The notes under the pieces were generated by a model. The model did no database searches, had not been told where the DNA came from, and was given only the letters and a program-made list of their open reading frames with translations. DNA of 64,000 bases from NCBI GenBank assembly GCA_964016885.1, contig OZ024740.1, positions 291,152,001 through 291,216,000 on the forward strand. Direction: 5' to 3'. The DNA is from Eledone cirrhosa. Its lineage: Eukaryota. Position 1 is the first letter of the stretch, and the number at the start of each line of letters is the position of its first letter. Shown here piece after piece: positions 52,607 to 64,000 of the stretch. A program made the position numbers and the translations under genes.

Positions 52607-53700
52607 TCATCATCATCATCATTTTATGTCCACTTTTCCCTGCTTGCAAGGGTGGGATGGGTCCTATTCAGCACAGCATCTCTCCACTTGTCGTGGTCCT
52701 TCGTCATCTCCACCGTGAGCTTCAGCGACCTGAAGTCTGCTCTCACCACCTCCGCCCATGTTTTTTGTGGTCTTCCACTACTATGTCTTCCTTCAACTGG
52801 CATTTCTTGGCACTTCTTCACCCATCGGTCATCCTCCATGCGCATCACATGTCTATACCATTGCACTCTCCTCTCCCGCACACTACAATTTATCCCTCTC
52901 AGACACAGTTTCTCTCTCAACACATCCATGCTCGGTCGTTCACGCACATTGACATTACACATCCAACGGAGCATGCTTGCCTCATCTCTCTCCAACCGTC
53001 GCATATTCTCTGTAGTTGCTGCCCATGTCTCACTACCATGTAGCATCGCACACCTCACACAGGCATCATATAACCGGCCTTTCGTATGCAGGGAGAAACC
53101 CTTCTTCGTCAGCAGAGGAAGCAGCTCCCTAAACTTCTTCCAACTCGTCCTTATTCTAGATACTATGGCCTCAGAATACTAATCTGATCCCATGCTAATC
53201 TGATCACCTAGGTACCAGAAGCTATCAACCACTTCTATAGCACCCACCTGCATTTGAAAAATGTGTCTATCAATGCGACTTCTACTGTCTAATGTCCCTG
53301 TACATCTACTGCATACGTATTTCTCCCTACCTGTTAGTTTGCCTGCTATCCCACTACATCTCTTGTGTACTCAAGATCTGCATTGTGTACATTTTATAGA
53401 ATTTATGCCAGTTCCTTTTCTGCATATCGAACAAGGCCATTTCCCTGACGGAATCAGAGTTTTGTCCCCTTTTCTACTCATCAACACTTTTGTTTTAGCT
53501 AGGTTCACTCTCAGTCCTCTTGATTCCAACTGCTGTTTCCATAGCCTGAATTTATTCTCTAGCTCCTCTACTGATTCTGCTACCAGATCGTCAGCATAGA
53601 GAAGTTCCTATGGACAGCCAGTCTTAAACTCCTCTGTTATGGCTTGGAGGACTATAATGAACGAGAGCAGGTTGAGGACCGAACCCTGATGTACTCCTAT
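52607..53700 (-). pseudogene. 5'-truncated RTE LINE (RT C-half, PHD-type finger, C-terminus, (GAT)n tail)
   Basis: GVHQGS, LLYADD, GKWPCSIC, MLHGSETW, WYRHVMRMEDDRWVKK, GRPQKTW. Confidence 0.92.
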
Positions 53701-53763
53701 AGTACATTTGGATATATATATAAATCTTAACCATTTAACATCTCAGGGTATGTCATGTATCAT

Positions 53764-53822
53764 TATATTTTGTCTGATGGGGATGTACTGTTGTACATCC
53801 GAAATATGTATAATAAAATGTA
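53764..53822 (+). ncRNA. Minimal hammerhead motif with one core change (A9G)
   Basis: TATATTTTGT-CTGATGG-GGATGTAC TGTT GTACATCC-GAAA-TATGTA-TA^ATAAAATGTA. Stem I has 10 bp (2 GU pairs); stem II is a perfect 8 bp. Confidence 0.7.
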
Positions 53823-53859
53823 ATTGATCAAAAGAACATCTATTTTATTAATACTTATA

Positions 53860-53896
<37 letters not shown>

Positions 53897-54828
53897 ACTA
53901 GCAGTGGTACCCGGCGTTGCATGTGATAAGGTATTTTGGAATGCGGGCCGCCAACAGACCAAATCATGGAAAAACTGCATGCCTGGACAATATATAAAGA
54001 AAATAAACCGAATACTCTGATGGCTGGATAATCTTTAACATTTTCCTTGATGAAGCAGGAAAAATGCAGGTTTTCACCTAATGCGGGCCCTAGGGGATCA
54101 AGAAAATGAATTTTTTTTCTGTGCATAATATGCCTTTAAATTTCGGGGAAATCAGCTAGACGTAACGCCTCCAAAAAGCCCTAAGAAGCTGAAAAAATGA
54201 AGTTTTTCACCTAATGCCCTAGGCCATAAGAAAGTTGGATTTTCTTTGCTTACGGTGTGAAGAAGAGACTGACAAATACATAGTTACAATTTCAAGGAAA
54301 TCGGTCTGACGTAACACCTCAAAAAAACCCCTAAAAAATCTTTAAAAACGCAGTTTTTCACCTAATGCGGCCCCTAGGAGATAAAAAAAAGTTGAATTTT
54401 TTTATGTGCATAACACTCCCTGAAACATAAGTAATACACATGTAAAGTTTTTTAAAATCGGTTGGGTACTTCTCGAGTTTTAGGGATTCAAACTCACAGA
54501 CACACACACACCACACACACACACACATACATCCTCATGGAAGTGACGTAATGCAGACAGTCAGACATACAGACAGATATTATAAGGGCGCGACGTTATA
54601 TGTATGTATCTATCTAAAAAGAGAAAGACTAAGAATTATAGAGCGAGATCGCTAAATCGCCTAATGCGGTCTCTAAGGCATTGAAAATTTGAAATTGATT
54701 TTGCTCAGAACACTCCCTGAAACATAAGTATTACATGTGTAAAGTTTGAAAACAGTCGGTTGGGTGGTTCTCTAGTTTTAGGGATTCGAACTCACACACA
54801 GACAGACATCCTCAGTTTTATATATAGA
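53897..54828 (+). mobile_element. Non-autonomous Helitron/Helentron-like element with internal tandem repeats
   Basis: Starts ACTAGCAGTGGTACCCGGCGTTGC, has repeated TTTTCACCTAATGCG..CCCTAGG and (CA/GACA)n, and ends GTTTTATATATAGA. Confidence 0.7.
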
Positions 54829-54872
54829 AATATTAAATAAATGGAAACTATATTTATAAAACCATATTTATT

Positions 54873-54925
54873 CTATTATATATATTTCAAGGGTACCAAA
54901 ACTTTGGTACGCTCTCATCAGATAA
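54873..54925 (-). ncRNA. Minimal type-I hammerhead ribozyme, intact core
   Basis: Minus strand: TTAT-CTGATGA-GAGCGTACCAAA GT TTTGGTACCCTT-GAAA-TATATA-TA^ATAG. Confidence 0.75.
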
Positions 54926-54970
54926 TATATTGACATAATATCCCTTTTGCTTATATATATATATATATAA

Positions 54971-55228
54971 TATATAAGAACAAAAGATGGTTAAAAGAGT
55001 TCCATGTATTTTATTATGCCCATTTCAAAAACAAATATCATCATGCAATAATATTTGTTGATTTAAAACTGCACTATCCACAAGTGTTTTTAACCTTCAT
55101 ATCATATCATGTCATGTCTTCCTGTTTTATCTGATGAAAACACAAATATTATTGCATGATGATATTTGTTTTTGAAATGCGCATAATAAAATACATGGAA
55201 CTCTTTTAATCATCTTTTGTTCTTATAT
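54971..55228. mobile_element. Penelope-like inverted terminus pair (about 88-bp arms) in (TA)n
   Basis: 54971-55058 is the reverse complement of 55142-55228 with few mismatches; it overlaps the hammerhead below. Confidence 0.8.
55125..55191 (+). ncRNA. Minimal type-I hammerhead ribozyme, intact core
   Basis: TTTTAT-CTGATGA-AAACACAAATATT...GATATTTGTTTTT-GAAA-TGCGCA-TA^ATAAAA. Stem I has 6 bp; stem III is palindromic. Confidence 0.85.
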
Positions 55229-55316
55229 ATTATATATACTCCAGTCCTACAAACTGTAGAGTGCTTCTTATCCGATATCTGCATTGCTTTATTGTACTAC
55301 AATAAAACTCACCTCC

Positions 55317-55379
<63 letters not shown>

Positions 55380-56259
55380 AATGTAGTATAGATGGACATA
55401 TTCATCAAAATGTGTAAAATGTTTGGAAAATATGTTGATGAAAATGTATTGTAGATGTTTCAAAAACATATACCAAAATGTAGTGTTGATATAAATATTA
55501 AAATGTGTGTGTATAAAAATCTATGTAGATGTTTGAAAAATATTTATGTAGTCCAAAATGTAGTGTATATCTAAGTATTTTAAAATGCAGTGTAGATATT
55601 TTTTTTAAAAATGTAGTCCAAAATGTAGTGCAGATGTAAATATATTTATTTTTTTAATGTAGTCCTAAATGTTGTGGAAATGTGAATGTTAAAAAGTTGT
55701 TGAGAAAAATGTAGAGGAAATGTAGATATTAGATAAAACTGTTTTGCTCTTAAGAAACATGGTTAATAATCTTAAGAAATTATAATCCTATTAAATGTCA
55801 AATTTGTTTTTTAATGTTATGATGACATATCAAATCAAAGTCCTCTATGGGATGCAAGTATTTATGTTAATTAGCAATAATTATAATAATAATTGCTTCT
55901 GCTTTGAGCAATCTGAAGGGAAGGGAGAAAGATGATTAAATCAACCCCAATGCATTACTGCTACTTTAACTTAGAGACCCTGTAAGGACAGAAAGCAAAA
56001 TAAACCACCTAATAACATCAAGATAATTCCAGTTTGCTATAAAACCAAATCACAAATAATTCTCCCACAAAAGACCACTCTGTTAGACTACATGCACATA
56101 CTCAGGAAAGTAGTCTGTCTAGGGGCCTTGTTGAGACTCAACAGGCTGCTCTGTTAGATACTGCACACACATACTCAGGAATGAGGTCTGTCTGTTTAAG
56201 GGCCTTGTTGGGTTTCAAAAGGCAATAGATCCAGTAATTATCATATTTATAATAATAAT

Positions 56260-56755
56260 GACACTGATAGATCAATAAAGACCAACAGATCTGATATAAT
56301 TGTGAAGGGCCATAAAGAGAAAACATGTTTCTTATTTGACATAAGTATTCCATCAGATCGTAACATTTCCTTGAAAGAGTTCGGAAAGCTCAGTAAGTAT
56401 AAAGATCTATCAATTGAAATTGAGGAGAAAATGTGGTATCTTAAGCAAGTACAATACCTGTGATAGTCAGCACACTTGGAATGATAAAAAAGGGTACTGA
56501 AAAATATTTGGGCCGGATACATGGAAAGCCACAGAGAGACACAGAAAATAATGCAAACTGACACTGTCTAAGTCCTGAGAAGGGCATTATCAATTTAAAA
56601 ACCTTGCAAAGACATTTACTATTGTTTGCGCCCTTGTGGCATCATCTGTATGACAATTATTTATAAAATGTGTGTATTATCAAATTTTGCCTCAAGTGAC
56701 AGGCTCACACTCAACATGATTTGGGAAAAAACCAGAATTCAAAGGAAATTTCAAA
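56260..56755 (+). mobile_element. R4/Dong-clade LINE 3' fragment (restriction-like endonuclease) in (TAA)n
   Basis: Translation TDRSIKTNRSDIIV...CFLFDISIPSDRNISLKEFGKLSKYKDLSIE..MW...IPVIVSTLG; AAT repeats on both sides. Confidence 0.85.
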
Positions 56756-57058
56756 TAATAATAATAATTGTTTCTAATTTAGGCATAAGACCACCTGTTT
56801 GGAATAAATTTATAAAATAACTGACTAAGCATGAGGCTAAGTTTTAACGAGGAGTGTAGTTAATTGAATTGCTCTAGTATTTTACTAGTTATATTTTATT
56901 GAGTGAAGGAGTGAATGGTAAAGTTTCCATTAGTAACATATGAACTTAGAATATTGAGAACCAAACCTAAATAAGATCACATAACACACCATTTCTTCCA
57001 GAAAAAATATTAAAAAAAAATTTCATAATCCATTTTTGCTTTTCATTTTCTTTTTCAG

Positions 57059-57213
57059 TGCATGATTTTGGTTTGAAGGGGTACCATATCATGAACAACA
57101 AATCCCTACAACCAGCCAATTCCTTTCCAGGCAATAAATTTATGAATTTGAACCTTGAGTCAAGCTTTGAATCATTACCATATTTCTATAAGAATATATG
57201 TAGTTCAGAAGAG
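57059..57213 (+). CDS. Candidate internal exon of an unidentified host gene (155 nt)
   Basis: Polypyrimidine acceptor TTTTCATTTTCTTTTTCAG, consensus donor GAG|GTAAGT, and an open frame HDFGLKGYHIM...KNICSSEE. No homology recognised. Confidence 0.45.
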
Positions 57214-57294
57214 GTAAGTGTTTTCTATATTGTTTTAAATATCTTCTGAACAGCAAATTGGCAGTCATTAGAATATAAGACAAAATACTTTGTA

Positions 57295-57625
57295 TTATTG
57301 GCAGTATCAGTAGAGGGTCGGACGCCATGCCTTGCAGCAAAGAGTTACGGCCCTTTATGGTCTGAGTTCAAATCCGCCGAGGTTAACTTTGCCTTTCATC
57401 CTTACAGGGTTGATAAAATAAAGTACCAGTAATACACTGGGATAATTGCTGGCCTTGTTCCAACACTCTGTGTTACCACCTAGGTTAACTTTGTCTTTCA
57501 TTCTTCTGGGGTTGATAAAATAAGTACCAATCTATAATGGTGGATTGATGGAATTGTTACAACATTGGACAAGACTCCCTGCAGTATTTGTTCTGGCCTT
57601 CTGCATTCTGAGTTCAAATTTCATT
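57295..57625 (+). mobile_element. Short-type SINE plus fragments
   Basis: Head, B-box and core as in the other copies. Confidence 0.85.
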
Positions 57626-57944
57626 GTGGTTTATATTTATAGTAGACTTAATCTATAACCCAGTTTTACAGCACCAGCTGGTACTTGAGCAGAGTCCACT
57701 TTCTTGGAAGCATTTAGACAAGGTCTCCGATTTGAGGCTATCTTCCCTTGCCTTCCTTTCACTACTCTCTGAGATCCTGAAAAGGGTCATATTAATTATT
57801 CTTCCCCCTCTGACTAAACAGGAGGGGGGAAAAAAAGAACAGTTTTGGCTTCAAAATAAAGATAAGAATTATTTTTTTGCTAATTATTTAACTTGATTGT
57901 CTGTTTTAAATTAAATAGTAACACCCCTAAATTTCTCTCACTTT

Positions 57945-60900
57945 TAGTTGTGTTAGTCTCACAGTAAGACTGTTCCTTCCTTTTTAATTGTGTCTCACAG
58001 TAAGACTCCGGACTGTTCCCTCCTTTTTAGTTGTATAAGTCTCACAGAAAGACCCCAGACTGTTCCCTCCTTTTTAGTTATGTTTCACAGTAAGACCCCA
58101 GAATGTTCCCTCTTTTTTAGTTGTGTCTCACAGTAAGAACCTGAACTGTTCCCTCCTTTTTAGTTATGTCCCACAGTAAGGCCCCGGATTTTCCCTACCT
58201 TTTTAGTTGTATAAGTCTCACAGTAAGACCTCAGACTTTCCCCTCCTTTTTACTTGTGTCTCACAGTAAGACCCCAGACTGTTCCCTCCTTTTTAGTTAT
58301 GTCTCACAATAAGACCCCAGACTGGTCCCTCCTTTTTAGTTGTCTCACAGTAAGACCCCAGACTGTTCCCTCCTTTTTAGTTGTCTCACAGTAAGACCCC
58401 AGACTGTTCCCTCCTTTTTAGTTATGTCTTACAGTAAGACCCCAGACTGTTCCCTCCTTTTTAGTTTGTCTCACAGTAAGACCCCAGACTGTTGTCTCAC
58501 AGTAAAACCCCAGACTGTTCCCTCCTTTTTAGTTGTGTCTCACAGTAAGACCCCAGACTGTTCCCTCCTTTTTAGTTGTGTCTCACAGTAAGACCCAGAC
58601 TGTTGTCTCCTTTTTAGTTTGTCTCACAGTAAGACCCAGACTGTTCCCTCCTTTTTAGTTGTCTCACAGTAAGACCCCAGACTGTTCCCTCCTTTTTAGT
58701 TTGTCTCACAGTAAGACCCCAGACTGTTCCCTCCTTTTTAGTTATGTCTCACAGTAAGACCCCAGACTGTTCCCTCCTTTTTAGTTTGTCTCACAGTAAG
58801 ACCCCAGACTGTTCCCTCCTTTTTAGTTGTCTCACAGTAAGACCCCAGACTGTTCCCTCCTTTTTAGTTTGTCTCACAGTAAGACCCCAGACTGTTCCCT
58901 CCTTTTTAGTTATGTCTCACAGTAAGACCCCAGACTGTTCCCTCCTTTTTAGTTTGTCTCACAGTAAGACCCCAGACTGTTCCCTCCTTTTTAGTTATGT
59001 CTCACAGTAAGACCCCAGACTGTTCCCTCCTTTTTAGTTGTCTTACAGTAAGACCCCAGACTGGTCCCTCCTTTTTAGTTGTCTTACAGTAAGACCCTGA
59101 ACTGTTCCCTCCTTTTTAGTTGTCTCTCACAGTAAAACCCCAGACTGTTCCCTCCTTTTTAGTTGTCTTACAGTAAGACCCCAGACTGGTCCCTCCTTTT
59201 TAGTTGTCTTACAGTAAGACCCTGAACTGTTCCCTCCTTTTTAGTTGTGTCTCACAGTAAGGCCCCGGACTGTTCCCTCCTTTTTAGTTGTGTCTCACAG
59301 TAAGACCCCAGACTGGTCCCTCCTTTTTAGTTGTGTCTTACAGTAAGGACCCGGACTTTCCCCTCCTTTTTTAGTTATGTCTCACAGTAAGACCCCAGAC
59401 TGTTCCCTCCTTTTTAGTTGTCTCACAGTAAGACCCCAGACTGTTCCCTCCTTTTTAGTTGTGTCTCACAGTAAAACCCCAGACTGTTGTCTCACAGTAA
59501 GACCCCATACTGTTCCCTCCTTTTTAGTTGTGTCTCACAGTAAAACCCCAGACTGTTCCCTCCTTTTTAGTTGTCTCACAGTAAAACCCCAGACTGTTCC
59601 CTCCTTTTTAGTTGTGTCTCACAGTAAAACCCCAGACTGGTCCCTCCTTTTTAGTTGTGTCTTACAGTAAGGACCCGGACTTTCCCCTCCTTTTTTACTT
59701 ATGTCTCACAGTAAGACCTCAGACTTTCCCCTCCTTTTTACTTGTGTCTCACAGTAAGACCCCAGACTGTTCCCTCCTTTTTAGTTATGTCTCACAATAA
59801 GACCCCAGACTGGTCCCTCCTTTTTAGTTGTCTCACAGTAAGACCCCAGACTGTTCCCTCCTTTTTAGTTATGTCTTACAGTAAGACCCCAGACTGTTGT
59901 CTCACAGTAAAACCCCAGACTGTTCCCTCCTTTTTAGTTTGTCTCACAGTAAGACCCCAGACTGTTCCCTCCTTTTTAGTTTGTCTCACAGTAAAACCCC
60001 AGACTGTTCCCTCCTTTTTAGTTTGTCTCACAGTAAAACCCCAGACTGTTCCCTCCTTTTTAGTTTGTCTCACAGTAAGACCCCAGACTGTTCCCTCCTT
60101 TTTAGTTATGTCTCACAGTAAGACCCCAGACTGTTCCCTCCTTTTTAGTTTGTCTCACAGTAAGACCCCAGACTGTTCCTTCCTTTTTAGTTATGTCTCA
60201 CAGTAAGACCCCAGACTGTTCCCTCCTTTTTAGTTGTCTTACAGTAAGACCCCAGACTGGTCCCTCCTTTTTAGTTGTCTTACAGTAAGACCCTGAACTG
60301 TTCCCTCCTTTTTAGTTGTGTCTCACAGTAAAACCCCAGACTGTTCCCTCCTTTTTAGTTGTCTTACAGTAAGACCCCAGACTGGTCCCTCCTTTTTAGT
60401 TGTCTTACAGTAAGACCCTGAACTGTTCCCTCCTTTTTAGTTGTGTCTCACAGTAAGACCCCAGACTGGTCCCTCCTTTTTAGTTGTGTCTTACAGTAAG
60501 GACCCGGACTTTCCCCTCCTTTTTTAGTTGTATTACAGTAAGACCCTGAACTGTTCCCTCCTTTTTAGTTGTGTCTCACAGTAAGGACCCGGACTTTCCC
60601 CTCCTTTTTTAGTTATGTCTCACAGTAAGACCCCAGACTGTTCCCTCCATTTTAGTTATGTCTCACAGTAAGACCCCAGACTGTTCCCTCCTTTTTTAGT
60701 TATGTCTCACAGTAAGACCCTGAACTGTTCCCTCCTTTTTAGTTGTGTCTCACAGAAAGACCCAGACTGGTCCCTCCTTTTTAGTTGTGTCTTACAGTAA
60801 GACCCTGAACTGTTCCCTCCTTTTTAGTTATGTCTCACAGTAAGACTGCAGACTGTTCCCTCCTTTTTAGTTATGTCTCACAGTAAGACTGCAGACTGTT

Positions 60901-61045
60901 CCCTCCTTTTTAGTTATGTCTCACAGTAAGACTGCAGACTGTTCCCTCCTTTTTAGTTGTGTCTCACAGTAAGAGCCCTAACTCTCCCCTCCTTTTTAGT
61001 TATGTAAGTTACACAGTAAGACCCATAACTGCACCCCCACCTTAA
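57945..61045. repeat. 41-43-bp minisatellite GTCTCACAGTAAGACCCCAGACTGTTCCCTCCTTTTTAGTT(GT/AT/T)
   Basis: About 70 tandem copies with diverged edge units. Confidence 0.99.
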
Positions 61046-61559
61046 GAGTTGTGTAAGTCTCATTTTGGAATTGATGCAATCTCCAAACTTTGGTCCCTGT
61101 TAATATTTTGTAGTGATGGTACTGAAACTCGTATTACAGACCTTAGAGAGGTGGAAGACAACTTCAATTCTTGTAGAATTTGGACTAAAAACATATTTTA
61201 GAATAATAGAATTAAAAAATTGACACTATCAGAGGATGAAGAGCAACACACATGCTCTTTTACAGAGCCTCTGGTTCTGGTAAGGAAGAAGGAATAAAGA
61301 ATTGATATATTGCTGGCAGCAGATCAGACTCCATTAAAGGCACAAAAGGCCAAGGTGGTGGTGGGTGTTTAAACAAACTGATGAAATAAGTCTACTACCA
61401 AAGATGTTAACTAAATACTACAAAACATTTAAATCAACACTTTACCAGATCTTCTATTTCCACACCTTTCAACAACTACAGTACCAATCTTTCAACTGCT
61501 CCCCTAACATGTAACCCAATGCACTACACTGAATTTATAAAAACAATGTATATTAAAAT

Positions 61560-63035
61560 AAGTCTTTCTAACTATGGCACAGGGCCAGCAATTTGGGGAA
61601 AGATTAAAGTTGATTATATAAACCCCCAGTACTTAAATGGTACATTATTTTATCAACTCCAGAAGGGTGAAAGACAAAGTTAACCTCAGCAAGATTTAAA
61701 CTCAGAACCTAAAGAACCAAAACAAATAGTGTTAAGCATTTGTCCGATGCCTTAATCCATTGCCTTAAGCTATGTATGTATGGACCCATAACTCTTGGTA
61801 GTGTCATAGGGGTGCTATAGTGACATACAGCATTTCTTGGGCATTTTGTTTAAACCTGGTGGAATCCATCCCCTCTCCAGATCTGAATACTGCCAATTTC
61901 TTCCAGAATAAGGAAAGTGAGAAAGAGATTATAGAGTAAGAATCAACCCCAGCACTAAACTGGTATTATTTTTAATTGACCTTGGAAAGATGAGAGGCAA
62001 AGTTGACTTCGACAGGATCTGAACTCTGAGCACAGAAAACTGAAATGAATACTGTAAAGCTGTCTATCTGACGTTCTAATGACTCTGCCAATTTTCCTCC
62101 ACCTTAATGCATATTAAAATAATGAAATGTTTAAATGTCTAAGGTGAGTTACTGTTAATAAGATTATAATTTTTTATACTGTTAATCTTATCTCTAGGAA
62201 GAAAAAATTATATTTGAATATTTACATCTAAACTCTGCTTCAATTGTTTGATCTTTGAATAACATGAAGTGTCTTATTACGGAATGTGGACAATATCAGA
62301 CCAAGAACCTTTATTTTAAACTTGAAATAATAAAATTTTATCCACTAGATCATTGACACATGCATGTGTTTCTAGTCTGATTCCTGTCTCAGACAATTTA
62401 CACACGCAGATATTATACATATGATGCCAATCAGATATATAACTGACTGAAACATAGTGTAGATGTAAATATTGAAAAATATATCATCTCCAAAGATGAT
62501 ATTAATAGTCTGAATACTTTTTAATCTTATTAATATAATCGTTTCTAGTTTTTGCACAAGGCCAGTAATTATCCCAGTGCATTACTGGTACTTTATTTTA
62601 TCGACCCCGTAAGGATGAAAGGCAAAGCTAACCTCAGTGATTTCAACTCAGAACGTAAAGGGCCATAACTATGCTGCAAAGCATGTTGTCTGGCACACTA
62701 CTGATACTGCCAATCCGCCTAATATAATGTATGCATACATGGTTCTGTAACTCCTGCGGACACCGTATTGATATACAAAGTTTCTAGGGCATTTTAAAAC
62801 CTGGCAGAGCCCATCTCCTCTCCAGGCCTGAATACAGCAGATTTATTCCAGAGAAGGATAGAGAGAGTGAGAATGGAAGTGAGAAAGAGATATAAAGGAA
62901 GAATCGACCCCAGTACTAGACTGTTACTTTTCTTTTATCATCCTTGGCGGGATTTGAACTCAGAGAATAAAGAGCTGAAACGAATACTGCAAAGCCTGCT
63001 ATCCAACATTCTAATGACTTAGTCAATTCACTGCC
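61560..63035 (-). mobile_element. Four minus-strand SINEs: short type (about 61560-61760, 62535-62720) and long type (about 61775-62095, 62730-63035)
   Basis: Reverse-complement cores and tails of the families above. Confidence 0.8.
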
Positions 63036-64000
63036 TACATTGATATAATACGTATATTTTAAAAAAATGTTTTATTAAAAATTGAGATTATGAATATTGC
63101 TGCATTCCATTACATAATTGAAAGAACTATATTTCCAAATTAACCAAAAGTTAACAAAGGAAAACAAAAGGAGATTTTTCTCGGCATATGTAGTCATTAT
63201 GTGATGTATTTTTTACAAACTATTATATTTACCAATGTCTGAGATTCTGTTGTTATGTAACTCTTTTTGTGAACATATTTCTATTGTTTTTCGTGTTTTG
63301 TAGAACTCAGTTTGTTTTTCATTTATCCTGTAGCTCTTCTAGTATATAACCTATTGAATAAACAACACAATGGATCCTCAAACAAGCAATCATCACCATC
63401 ATCATCACTATCACCATCATCATCTTCACCCCACCACCTCCACCACTACCACAATCACTGTTTAACATTTATTTTCCAGACAAGTTTTCATGTACTGAGA
63501 CCAGACTAGTCAGGTGACTATGTTTTGCCTGTGTGCTCCATTTTTGGCTTGGTTTTCTACAGTTAGATGCCCTTCCTAATGCAAACCACTTTACAGCATG
63601 TACTGGGAGTATTTTTATCATAACTCCAGCTCTACTACCTTATAGGGGGCACTGGGCGTTTTTGCTATTGCACCAGTGGCACATAATTTAGGGGATTGGA
63701 TAAATTGGGTGGGTAGTGTGTAGGACAGGGAATGGTTGTTTAGAACAATTTATATTAGTCCCTTCCCTCCACACCCATGATACACCGTTCCTGTCGAACC
63801 CCTGCATAAAATGCTGAATATGCTCCACACCTGCTCTCCCACAAACCTGGTGTCATGCCCCCCCCCCAAAAAAAAAACCCAGCCAGTCTACCCTGTATGG
63901 TGGTAATGCTGGTGCCATAACAGCAAAAAGCTCCCAGTTCACACTGTAAGGTGGTAGTGCTGGTACCACAACAAAAAAGCATCCAATCCACCCTGTTATG

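Noticed and set aside
57660-57790. Possible minus-strand exon after CTTTTCAG
   Set aside because: Weak donor, no recognisable homology, and opposite strand to the better exon candidate.
57945-61045. CRISPR-like regular repeat
   Set aside because: No unique spacers, no cas genes and a eukaryotic context.

Overview
Eukaryotic, AT-rich, repeat-dominated DNA, intronic or intergenic. The repeat families resemble those of Octopus/cephalopod genomes (inference). No intact protein-coding gene is evident; one or two candidate + strand exons are present. Contents: (1) a 13.5-kb pyrimidine-rich 25/27-bp satellite with a 200-N gap, whose unit matches an internal segment of the SINE it runs into; (2) decayed LINE fragments (CR1-like, RTE with a PHD-type finger, R4/Dong, an AP endonuclease remnant); (3) more than 25 tRNA-derived SINE copies; (4) TTAA- and TA-flanked MITEs and Helitron/Helentron-like elements; (5) five more minisatellites. 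The most interesting signal is a set of about 8 short, mutually unrelated inserts in or beside (TA)n tracts. They carry minimal type-I hammerhead ribozyme motifs with palindromic stem III (three with intact cores), and some form inverted fold-backs, which is the signature of Penelope-like element termini or retrozyme-like RNAs. Coordinates were read by eye; boundaries of decayed repeats are approximate.
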